Shown here: positions 1 through 7,562 of the stretch, one piece after another | Layout of the letters: each line of letters begins with the position of its first letter | Numbering within the stretch: position 1 is the first letter of the stretch | Source of the DNA: a virus | Lineage: Duplodnaviria > Caudoviricetes | Virus record (IMG/VR): IMGVR_UViG_3300017650_000206 | Location: 1 to 38,697 of that record | Length of the DNA stretch: 38,697 bases | Strand: one strand, 5' to 3' | Notes under the pieces: model-generated | Seen by the model: only the letters and a program-made list of their open reading frames with translations | Database searches by the model: none | Told to the model about the DNA's origin: nothing | Made by a program: the position numbers and the translations under genes

Positions 1-219
1 TCACCCACGCCACGGCCACCACTGCGCCGCCGACACCGCAAGTCCTGAGAGCGTCGCCGCCAGCCCGGCCACGCCCAGCAGCAGTCGCCAACTCCCCTTG
101 GTGCTGACCAATACGTCGCGCATTTCGCGGATCATCTCGCCCTGCTCCTGAACCTGCCTTTGGAGCGCGGCCACTTCCGCCGAAAGCCGACCAATCTCCC
201 GTTCCGTACTGGTCGTCAT
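1..219 (-). CDS. Holin/antiholin-like small membrane protein (coiled coil + C-terminal TM helix)
   Basis: MTTSTEREIG...LLLGVAGLAATLSGLAVSAAQWWPWRG; ATG overlaps the upstream stop (TGATG); last gene of lysis cassette. Confidence 0.6.
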   Translation of the reverse strand: MTTSTEREIGRLSAEVAALQRQVQEQGEMIREMRDVLVSTKGSWRLLLGVAGLAATLSGLAVSAAQWWPWRG

Positions 220-407
220 CAGGGCCTCCATCCGCAGGTGGTCGCGCCGAACTGGTTGTGCACGAGGATTTGCCGCGCCGTCCCCTCGGTCAGCTGATCG
301 GCAGCTGAGGGCCGGATCGGGGCCGACACCTCGCAGAAGCTGCCCGCCGTGGTGCAGGCCGCCAGTAGCAGCATGGCCAGTGCGGCCAGCATCAATCTCG
401 GTTCCAT
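219..407 (-). CDS. o-spanin (Rz1-like) outer membrane lipoprotein
   Basis: Lipobox LLLAAC, two further Cys, overlaps 3' end of the i-spanin-like gene. Confidence 0.7.
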   Translation of the reverse strand: MEPRLMLAALAMLLLAACTTAGSFCEVSAPIRPSAADQLTEGTARQILVHNQFGATTCGWRP

Positions 408-673
408 TGGCCCAGCTCCCGCTCCACGTCCTCGATGCCCATTGCGCCGACGCTCTGCTCAACGCGCTCCCGGTCCTGTCGCGCGCGTTCGGCCCGCTGG
501 CGCTGCCGGGCCCGCTCCGCCGCCTGCCCCTTGCGATACAGCCCCGCCCCTGCCCCCAGCGTGGCGACGGCCAGCGCCAGGCGCCAGCCGCCAATGATGT
601 ACGCCCCCAGCACCGCGCCAAGGGCGAGCACCAGCCACCAGTGCTGGATCATCCAGCCCAGAACGCTAAGCAT
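392..673 (-). CDS. i-spanin (Rz-like)
   Basis: N-terminal hydrophobic segments followed by charged coiled coil; directly after endolysin; start reassigned to ATG at 673. Confidence 0.65.
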   Translation of the reverse strand: MLSVLGWMIQHWWLVLALGAVLGAYIIGGWRLALAVATLGAGAGLYRKGQAAERARQRQRAERARQDRERVEQSVGAMGIEDVERELGQWNRD

Positions 674-1307
674 TCTCCCCTCCCCGCTTGCGGCGGATGA
701 ACCAGACAATGGCCGCCAGGAATCCAATGACCGCAATCAGCCCGATCGCCCATTGCACCGGGCCATCGCCCTGGGCCACGGCGCTGCCGCCGACCACCAC
801 CGGGGTCACCACCGGCCCCAGCTCCTTGACCGTCTCCACAAGGCTGTCGGGGCGAGCGGGCGAGGTGAAGCCGGGCGTGGCCGGCTGTGCCGCAAACCAG
901 GCATTATTACGCCCGGTGCCCTTCCAGCGGGCCGGGGCGGCGCGGGTATCGATGTGCATGAAGTTCGACGCCGGATAGTGGCCAAACCCGGTGAACCCGA
1001 CCGCCCTTGCCGCGGCTTCAAACGCCACCGGGTCATGGTTGGCCATCACCACGTCGAACGCCTTGCCATAAAGATGCTGGCTAGCCTTGGCCCCGCCCAC
1101 GGCGGCATTGTGCTGGGGCGAGCGATAGGCGCTGGTGATGATCAGCGGCTTGCCCAGCCGTGTACGCAGCGCCTGCAGCTTGTCGAGGCTTGCCGCATCG
1201 ATCTTCACCCGTCCGGTGCCCTTGCAGGCGATTTCCTGGGCGCTGAAATTGGGCCAGCGCCAAACGCTGGCAGGAACGTCCTGCCAGTGGGCATAGTCGA
1301 GTGCCAT
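666..1307 (-). CDS. Endolysin, peptidase M15 (Zn peptidase) with C-terminal TM segment
   Basis: Motifs NFSAQEIACK, ITSAYRSPQHN, SQHLYGKAFD, FMHIDTR. Confidence 0.9.
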   Translation of the reverse strand: MALDYAHWQDVPASVWRWPNFSAQEIACKGTGRVKIDAASLDKLQALRTRLGKPLIITSAYRSPQHNAAVGGAKASQHLYGKAFDVVMANHDPVAFEAAARAVGFTGFGHYPASNFMHIDTRAAPARWKGTGRNNAWFAAQPATPGFTSPARPDSLVETVKELGPVVTPVVVGGSAVAQGDGPVQWAIGLIAVIGFLAAIVWFIRRKRGGENA

Positions 1308-1329
1308 AGAGGCCTCCTGTTGATGTTGG

Positions 1330-1358
1330 AAAAGAAAAAAGCCGTCTGCAGGCGGCTT
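1330..1358 (-). terminator. Intrinsic terminator upstream of lysis cassette
   Basis: Stem AAGCCGCC-TGCA-GACGGCTT followed by long T tract on minus strand. Confidence 0.65.
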
Positions 1359-1555
1359 AGATTGTGAGACGTACTGTAGAGCGATTACCGCATCAGCCGT
1401 TCAGCCAGTCGTCAGCAAAACGAAAAAGCAAAGCCGCGCGTTACAGTATAAATCGATCTAACTGGAGTAGGTATTTACCCCATCGCGGAAGCTACCAAAG
1501 TAATTTAGGCTAAAAAGAAAAAATATGGATTGATTCGAGAAAATGGGGGTTCAAA

Positions 1556-2224
1556 ATGCTAACCATGCTCACTCCGAATTCGGTGCTCATTTCCGACGAT
1601 GCAACGCTGATCTATAAGCCCGCGTATAATCGCGACAGACACGTTGTCATTGCCTCCGATCAAGATGACACCGTTTCCTCCCTGGACACGCTTTTTCGGC
1701 TTGAGGGGTTCAAAGTCTTTACGTGTAACAGCGCAGAGGCCGTCGAGGCAGCGCTTGATCAGACACAGGTGAGCATCCTTGTGGTGCACTTCGATGCCGC
1801 GACGTCTCTGTCTGTGCTCGCGATGACCCGGGCCCACCAGATGGGGGTGGGTGTGTTTGTCATCTTTTCCGAGCACGACATTGACAACACCGTCACCGCC
1901 ATGCGTGCGGGAGCCTTCGATGTCCTAAAAACACCCTTTGATCCCGAAAGGCTGGTTAACGGCGTTCGTGACCTCATGCGCAGCAACACGCTTGTCCTCC
2001 CCCCCGTGCACGGTCATCGCCAGGTTGTTATACGGGGCTTTTCCCAACTCACCCCGCGAGAGCGACAAGTCCTGCAATTGACCGTAAACGGCAAATCTAA
2101 CCGTGAGTCTGCCCTTGAGTTGGGCATTTCTGCCAGAACGGTTGAGGTTCACAGAGCACGCTTGATGATGAAAATCGGAGCAAAAAACACTGCGGATTTG
2201 ATCCGCATAGCTCTGACTTCATAA
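1556..2224 (+). CDS. FixJ/LuxR-family response regulator (atypical receiver + LuxR HTH), moron
   Basis: AMRAGAFDVL receiver segment; LTPRERQVL...GKSNRESALELGISARTVEVHRARLMMK HTH. Confidence 0.9.
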   Translation: MLTMLTPNSVLISDDATLIYKPAYNRDRHVVIASDQDDTVSSLDTLFRLEGFKVFTCNSAEAVEAALDQTQVSILVVHFDAATSLSVLAMTRAHQMGVGVFVIFSEHDIDNTVTAMRAGAFDVLKTPFDPERLVNGVRDLMRSNTLVLPPVHGHRQVVIRGFSQLTPRERQVLQLTVNGKSNRESALELGISARTVEVHRARLMMKIGAKNTADLIRIALTS

Positions 2225-2286
2225 TTGTCTTTGACAGTTTGCTTGCGCGCCCATAGTACACTCCACGCAAGTGCTTGGGGGAAATT

Positions 2287-2514
2287 ATGGGGCGCGCAGT
2301 AATTTTGAATTTCATTGATAATCTTGATGAAATAGACAAGAAATCACGGGTCAGACAATTATCTGATGCCGAACTGGAGAAAGCCCGCGAGCACCTGGCG
2401 TCTCCAATCTTCACCGACAGCAACGAGTGGCTGCTGCTGGTCGAGGCCGAAAGTGAACGGCGCAAGGAGACAGGCAGTGCGAAAGCAACACCGAAGCCCG
2501 ACAGCGCCCCGTAA
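2287..2514 (+). CDS. Hypothetical protein
   Basis: 75-aa ORF in moron island, same strand as neighbours. Confidence 0.45.
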   Translation: MGRAVILNFIDNLDEIDKKSRVRQLSDAELEKAREHLASPIFTDSNEWLLLVEAESERRKETGSAKATPKPDSAP

Positions 2515-2814
2515 GACCGCTCGCCCATTTGCCCCACTGCTGGCGAGCGGCCTGAAGGCTGGACAACGTCCACTCATGTAAACTCGATCATCGCAGGATG
2601 GTTGCAGATGAGCGGCGCGCGCAGGGTGGCGGAAGTCGAAGGTTTAGCGGCGAAAATCGCGTAATTCCAAACCTTAAAGACGACTTACGCCGTAGCCTAT
2701 AGAAGTGTCATTTGCGCAACAACGTTTACTTAAACAACAATTGTTCAGCCCCGCACTTTGACTCCTTGTCAAAAAAGAGGCAAAAATGTGCAACAATTAA
2801 CTGGAGCACATCTG

Positions 2815-3465
2815 ATGAAAAAGCTACTTGCTGTATCCGCTATTGCAATGATGGTCGCGTCGGCCCCCGCCTTCGCAGCTGATCCGATTAGACCTGCACC
2901 TGTGACGCCGATTGTTCCGGTTGTTGATTCATCTTCAATATGGGACGGTTTTTATGCCGGCGCCAACGTCGGCTATGGCTGGGGGAACGCAGATCTCGAT
3001 GGCGTAGCTTGGCCTGAGGATATCAATGGTTGGCTGGGCGGGGTTCAGCTCGGATATAACATCGCTCTCGATGGACTTGTCGTCGGTATCGAAGGTGATT
3101 ACCAGTTTTCCGACGTCAAGTGGCACGACACGATCCAGGGCGTAGATGCTGAACTTGGCATCAATCATTTCGGAACCATCCGTGCCCGCCTTGGCGCTGA
3201 CTTGGGAACCATCATGCCCTATCTGACTGCCGGCGTGGCATTTGGCGATCTGGGCGGGAAGCTATCTGCTGGTGGCACGACCCTTAGCTCCAGCGAGTAT
3301 GCTTGGGGTTGGACGGCTGGTGGCGGCGTCGAGGCGATGGTGATGGATAACTTGTCACTGAAGGGCGAGTATCTCTACGCCTCGTTCCGAAACGTCGACA
3401 TTGACGGTGTTGACGTGGACGCAGATGCACACATCGCCCGTATCGGTGTGAACTTCCACTTCTAA
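2815..3465 (+). CDS. Omp25/Omp31/RopB family outer membrane beta-barrel, moron
   Basis: GGAG RBS; signal peptide MKKLLAVSA...AFA-AD; WDGFYAGANVGYGWG; GTIRARLG; C-terminal GVNFHF. Confidence 0.92.
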   Translation: MKKLLAVSAIAMMVASAPAFAADPIRPAPVTPIVPVVDSSSIWDGFYAGANVGYGWGNADLDGVAWPEDINGWLGGVQLGYNIALDGLVVGIEGDYQFSDVKWHDTIQGVDAELGINHFGTIRARLGADLGTIMPYLTAGVAFGDLGGKLSAGGTTLSSSEYAWGWTAGGGVEAMVMDNLSLKGEYLYASFRNVDIDGVDVDADAHIARIGVNFHF

Positions 3466-3509
3466 GTTTCGACCAATAACCTCTTGCACGGGGGAATTGG
3501 GAGGAAGGG

Positions 3510-3538
3510 GGAGCCCGGCGAAAGCTGGGCTCCTTTCG
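3510..3538 (+). terminator. Intrinsic terminator of omp gene
   Basis: GGAGCCCGGC-GAAA-GCTGGGCTCC-TTT. Confidence 0.75.
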
Positions 3539-3593
3539 TTCGAGACGCCTGCTGGTGGTTGTATATTTCGCCGATCCCGTCCAACATGATTCC

Positions 3594-3671
3594 GCTGCGC
3601 ATATCCGATCGATGCTCCGCGCAGCAGGCGCCGTTCCGGGGTGGACCTCCAACTCGGGGCGGCGCTCTTTT
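3594..3671 (+). ncRNA. Candidate two-hairpin sRNA with anti-SD CCTCC
   Basis: Hairpin GCTGCGC/GCGCAGC (3594-3625), then hairpin 3628-3665 with GGACCTCC at apex and TCTTTT tail. Confidence 0.4.
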
Positions 3672-3896
3672 GTGAAAAAGCCCAGCACAACGGCGAGGCA
3701 AGTTTTCCGGGATTGTGAATCAAGGCGAGGCTCGAGCCGTCCAGGAAGTCAGCCCAAGCCTCTACAGCGTTAGGCGCGCTGCCCCACAACTATGGAGAGA
3801 TTCACAACAAACGCAATCCAGCGCAACTGATCGTGGCCGTGCCCCTATCCTCCCAGCCACCAGCCTCGGTCCCGCAGCCAGTGAGGGCGGCCAAGG

Positions 3897-4181
3897 TTAT
3901 ACCTCTGGCTTCTCCGGCCACACCACCTCCGCCGCATCAATCGTATTCTCCGGCAGGTCACGCAGGTCCTGCCGGTAGGCTAGCAGATCGGCGTACTCAG
4001 ATGCTGAAAGCGTTGTGGCGCGGCCCAAAAGCAGCTCTTCGGTGTGCCGCTCGACCAGCCAGCGGGTTTCCTCGAACAGGCGGTCGCGCTCTGCCCGCAG
4101 CGTGGCCCAGGCATGCTCTTGTTGCGCTCCAGCTTTCTGCTCGGCTGTGATAATGATCGAAGGATCAGGCGTCCAGGTCAT
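3897..4181 (-). CDS. Tail fibre assembly chaperone
   Basis: W..LRAERDRL...YRQDLRDLP...WPEKP signature; downstream of tail fibre. Confidence 0.85.
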   Translation of the reverse strand: MTWTPDPSIIITAEQKAGAQQEHAWATLRAERDRLFEETRWLVERHTEELLLGRATTLSASEYADLLAYRQDLRDLPENTIDAAEVVWPEKPEV

Positions 4182-4488
4182 CTTCGACCTCCTTGGGATC
4201 ATGGGGCAGATCAAGCGGGCCGTCGTCGGGATCGACCAACGGCTCGGGGAATGCGACGACCGCGCTTGGGCCCGGTCCATGGGGCAGCAGCAAGGTCAGA
4301 TGCAGCTTGCCGTTGATGTGTTCGATCGGGCCTGTGATCCACGGGCTGGGACTGTTCTCAGCTGCAATGGTTGCGCCTTCGGGTAGTGCGGAAAAGTCGA
4401 AGACATCGCCATTAATGGTGAGAATGCCGCCTTGGCGAGATACTGAGAGGGCGTCGTCGCGGCGTTGAGGTGAGAACGAGATGTACAT
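4165..4488 (-). CDS. Conserved tail-fibre-associated protein
   Basis: MYISFSPQRRDD...LTINGDVFDFS.LPEGAT family usually found between fibre and chaperone genes. Confidence 0.75.
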   Translation of the reverse strand: MYISFSPQRRDDALSVSRQGGILTINGDVFDFSALPEGATIAAENSPSPWITGPIEHINGKLHLTLLLPHGPGPSAVVAFPEPLVDPDDGPLDLPHDPKEVEDDLDA

Positions 4489-5663
4489 TAGAACCACCTC
4501 CCAGAGGCTTCATAGTTCTGCATCGTAACGCCTGTGTTACTCCTGATGAAATTTACGGTAACAGAAGTGGTCGTCGCCTGACTATTCAGGGCTGCGGGAC
4601 GAACTACTGCTATCGAATTAGACACTGTCGACACCACAACCGTAGGGGGCGAGAAGAATTCTACTGGGAATGTTGCTGTTGCGGTAGATACTTCGTTAGC
4701 TACAGGTGTGATACTGACTGTACCTTGGCAAATCTGGGTTCCATCTGCAAATCTTGTATATTTCCCATTCGCATTTTCGCCGCTCTCAATTACCGCGCCA
4801 GTTGGAATTCCTCCCGACTGCGAGACCGTCCCTACTAAATTTTGACTGTGGTAGACTATTTTCCAATCTTGCCAGACTCCCGAGACGTCCCGGTGTCGGA
4901 AAGCCATACCTCCCGCTGCGGTCGTTCTGCGCACTGCAATCTGGGCTCTTGCGCCCAATCCCGCTAAATCATCTGCTATGTTGAACACGAACCATTCGCC
5001 AACCCCAAGCGGACGGTTTTCCGCCACCCCTCCAGCGGTCACGTAGAACCCGCTTTCAGAAAGGTCATTCAAATCGTCTGACGACGTTTCTAGTCTGGGC
5101 GATGATGCGCGAAGCCGTTCCGGTAGCGCCCCGTCAGGCAATTCTCCGGTCTCGGCAAACAGCGCCCGCGCCCAAGCCGGGAAGTCCGCCAGCTCAGCGC
5201 CGCTAGCGCCCGACAAATACGGCAGCTTGTCGGCCCCTCCAGGCAGCCCAAACAGCGCCCGCGCCCACGCCGGGAAGTCTGCCAGCGCCATTGAATGGCT
5301 GCTGTCGAAATACGCCAGCTTATTGGGCGCTCCCAGAAGCGCGGCCAGCAGCGGCAGGTTGCCCTCGCTGACATCCGAAATCAGCTCCTCGATCGCCCGG
5401 CGATACCCTACGTCCCGTGGGGTGCATTGGATTTCATAGGACGCTGCAGTCTGCGCTGATCCCGGCCATGGATGGGCCAAGGTCAGGCTGGTGTTGCTGT
5501 TGACCGCCAGGATGCGGATCGGCAGACCGCGATGGGTCCCGAACAGGTCGCCGGTTCGGGCCGCTCCAGCCCAAGCGGTGCCCTGCCCTGTTACGACGGT
5601 CCCGTTAGCGGCCACCGTGGCCGTGCCCGTGCTGTAGTGGCTGATGGTGATGTCTGGTGCCAT
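4488..5663 (-). CDS. Tail fibre / receptor-binding protein
   Basis: N-terminal anchor TGTATVAANGTVVTGQGTAW; pyocin-knob-like DLNDL..SGFY...WQDW; C-terminal NANGKYTRFADGTQIC (gp53-like) domain. Confidence 0.88.
   Translation of the reverse strand: MAPDITISHYSTGTATVAANGTVVTGQGTAWAGAARTGDLFGTHRGLPIRILAVNSNTSLTLAHPWPGSAQTAASYEIQCTPRDVGYRRAIEELISDVSEGNLPLLAALLGAPNKLAYFDSSHSMALADFPAWARALFGLPGGADKLPYLSGASGAELADFPAWARALFAETGELPDGALPERLRASSPRLETSSDDLNDLSESGFYVTAGGVAENRPLGVGEWFVFNIADDLAGLGARAQIAVRRTTAAGGMAFRHRDVSGVWQDWKIVYHSQNLVGTVSQSGGIPTGAVIESGENANGKYTRFADGTQICQGTVSITPVANEVSTATATFPVEFFSPPTVVVSTVSNSIAVVRPAALNSQATTTSVTVNFIRSNTGVTMQNYEASGRWF
5156..5286. repeat. 38-bp direct repeat (5156-5193, 5249-5286) encoding LADFPAWARALF twice
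   Basis: CAAACAGCGCCCGCGCCCA(A/C)GCCGGGAAGTC(C/T)GCCAGC, 2 mismatches, 93-bp period. Confidence 0.9.
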
Positions 5664-5679
5664 GATATCTCCGGATATG

Positions 5680-5702
5680 AAAAAGCCGCCTCAGAGGGCG
5701 GC
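5680..5702 (-). terminator. Terminator-like hairpin upstream of tail fibre gene
   Basis: GCCGCC-CTCTGA-GGCGGC-TTTT on minus strand. Confidence 0.55.
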
Positions 5703-5891
5703 GGGGTCAGTCTCGGCTTGGTCGGGCGCTTCGGGCGGCTCATGTGCCGCCAACTGCTCTCGTAAGCGGGTGATTTCTGCGTCCTGGGCGTCGACCAGCG
5801 CCTGCAGGGTCTTGGCGCGGTTCTCCCAGAACTGGGCCGAGGTGGAATAATGGATGGCTGCCGACAGCGGCGGGATCGATTGGGGTTGCAT
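5691..5891 (-). CDS. Hypothetical small coiled-coil tail region protein
   Basis: Tightly packed in late operon. Confidence 0.65.
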   Translation of the reverse strand: MQPQSIPPLSAAIHYSTSAQFWENRAKTLQALVDAQDAEITRLREQLAAHEPPEAPDQAETDPAAL

Positions 5892-5892
5892 G

Positions 5893-6762
5893 TCAGGCCC
5901 TCAAATAGCCGGGCCGGATGACGATCTGGCCGGTGTAGGTGGAAGAAAAGTCGTGGGCGCTGTTGTTGATCGAGCAGGCGTTGAAGCGGCGCGGGTGCTT
6001 GCCGCCATATTGCGGCGTGTCCCCGCCCAGCCCGCCATTGGCACTGGGCGGCTTGTGCTGGATCAGTGCGGCTGGGTGCCCCTTGCGGTAGGTGCCGGCA
6101 AAGTTGTTGCCCGAGATCCAACCCCAGCCCTGATAGCTGCTCTGTCCCCAAGGGTCGCTGCCGGCGCCGGACCGCGGAAGCCAGCCATTGCGCTGTGGCG
6201 GGGTCCCGGTTGTCGGCTCGGGCCCCGGATCGATCACTGACTGCCGTCGGATTAGCTGCACTTCATTTCCCGTCAGAACGATATCGAAGGACCGCCGCCA
6301 GATCTCGGTGGCCTCAACGAGGCACGAGCCGCCCGGCAGGCTCACCCACTCGTTGGGGATCAGCGGCGGCACGCCCTGGTCGCGGAAGTTGTACGGCGCC
6401 TTGGTTCGGTTCAGCCGCACTCGCACGTCGATGTAATTGGCACCCGCCGGGATGGTGCCGATAGTGGTCGGCCCCAGCACCCGGTTTTCGGGCTCTATCA
6501 TGGTCAGTGAGACGCAGGTGTCCTGCGACGTGCTCGGCCGCCACGGCCCTGTGCCCGGCCAGGAGGGCGGATTGAACCACCGGTTATGGCTGTAATTGAC
6601 GAACTTGGAAAAATCCGGGAACGCCACGCTGAGGCTGGTGTCGACCCAATCGGCCTCCGGTAGCAAATTGACCGGCGGAAACTCGGACGACCAGCGTGTT
6701 TCCCCGCCAGAGCCTTCCACAAAGATGTGCCCCGTAGCGGGGTTGTTATACACCTTGCCCAT
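5893..6762 (-). CDS. Putative tail tip / baseplate accessory protein
   Basis: Position, TAATG coupling to upstream gene, beta-rich composition. Confidence 0.65.
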   Translation of the reverse strand: MGKVYNNPATGHIFVEGSGGETRWSSEFPPVNLLPEADWVDTSLSVAFPDFSKFVNYSHNRWFNPPSWPGTGPWRPSTSQDTCVSLTMIEPENRVLGPTTIGTIPAGANYIDVRVRLNRTKAPYNFRDQGVPPLIPNEWVSLPGGSCLVEATEIWRRSFDIVLTGNEVQLIRRQSVIDPGPEPTTGTPPQRNGWLPRSGAGSDPWGQSSYQGWGWISGNNFAGTYRKGHPAALIQHKPPSANGGLGGDTPQYGGKHPRRFNACSINNSAHDFSSTYTGQIVIRPGYLRA

Positions 6763-7559
6763 TACACCCCCACCTGCACAAAGGGTGGCGCGCTGTGCGA
6801 ACCACCATAGCCCGCCTCTGTTGTGACAACTCCGCCGGTGGCGATCCGCGCCCGGCCATTGTTGAGATCCACAGTGCGCCCCTGATCCATGCTGAAGGGG
6901 CTCGCCCCGGCACCGACCTTACGGGCATAGGCGCGGCCGGTTCGGACCTTGCCTCGCCCGAGGATCACCTCACTGCCGGTGCGGCCAAACAGCGGCAGCG
7001 CCACATTCTCAGCAGGCACCCGAAACACCATCACCTGATAGGTCCGGCTGACCGCCCCAAGCCCGGATGACGAGGAGTTGTAGACCTCGCGCAGCCCCAC
7101 ACCGCTTGCGGTGATGAACGGCGAAACAAACCGGCTGCGGCCCTCGCTGGCCGTCTGCACGGCCACGCCCGGCATGAGCATGCGACCGCCATAGGCGACG
7201 AATGCCAGCGGCACATAGCCCAACCCATGATTGACCAAAGTATGCGAGGCCGTCGCCACCTGTCCGGGAACGAGATAGCCTATCGTCGAGACCGGGTTGT
7301 TGCCGTCATAAACGAGGTTGTAGCCCCAATATATCGAGCGTCCCGCCAATGCTGGATGCTCCACCGTCACCGTCTGGATCGGCATCGCCAGTTCGTACTG
7401 GAAGAACTCCGAATGCCAGTAAACGCGAGACAGGTGGGCACCGGGGTTCTTGGCCGGCGCGTTGCGGGGCGCATTGATATTCTCAATGTCCCCGCCGCCC
7501 GGGGCCTCATCGAAACATGCAACGATGCCTTCGGAAGGAAATCCGCGAAGAATTGCCAT
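6762..7559 (-). CDS. Putative tail tip accessory protein
   Basis: Directly downstream of central tail protein; beta-rich. Confidence 0.65.
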   Translation of the reverse strand: MAILRGFPSEGIVACFDEAPGGGDIENINAPRNAPAKNPGAHLSRVYWHSEFFQYELAMPIQTVTVEHPALAGRSIYWGYNLVYDGNNPVSTIGYLVPGQVATASHTLVNHGLGYVPLAFVAYGGRMLMPGVAVQTASEGRSRFVSPFITASGVGLREVYNSSSSGLGAVSRTYQVMVFRVPAENVALPLFGRTGSEVILGRGKVRTGRAYARKVGAGASPFSMDQGRTVDLNNGRARIATGGVVTTEAGYGGSHSAPPFVQVGV

Positions 7560-7562
7560 GCT

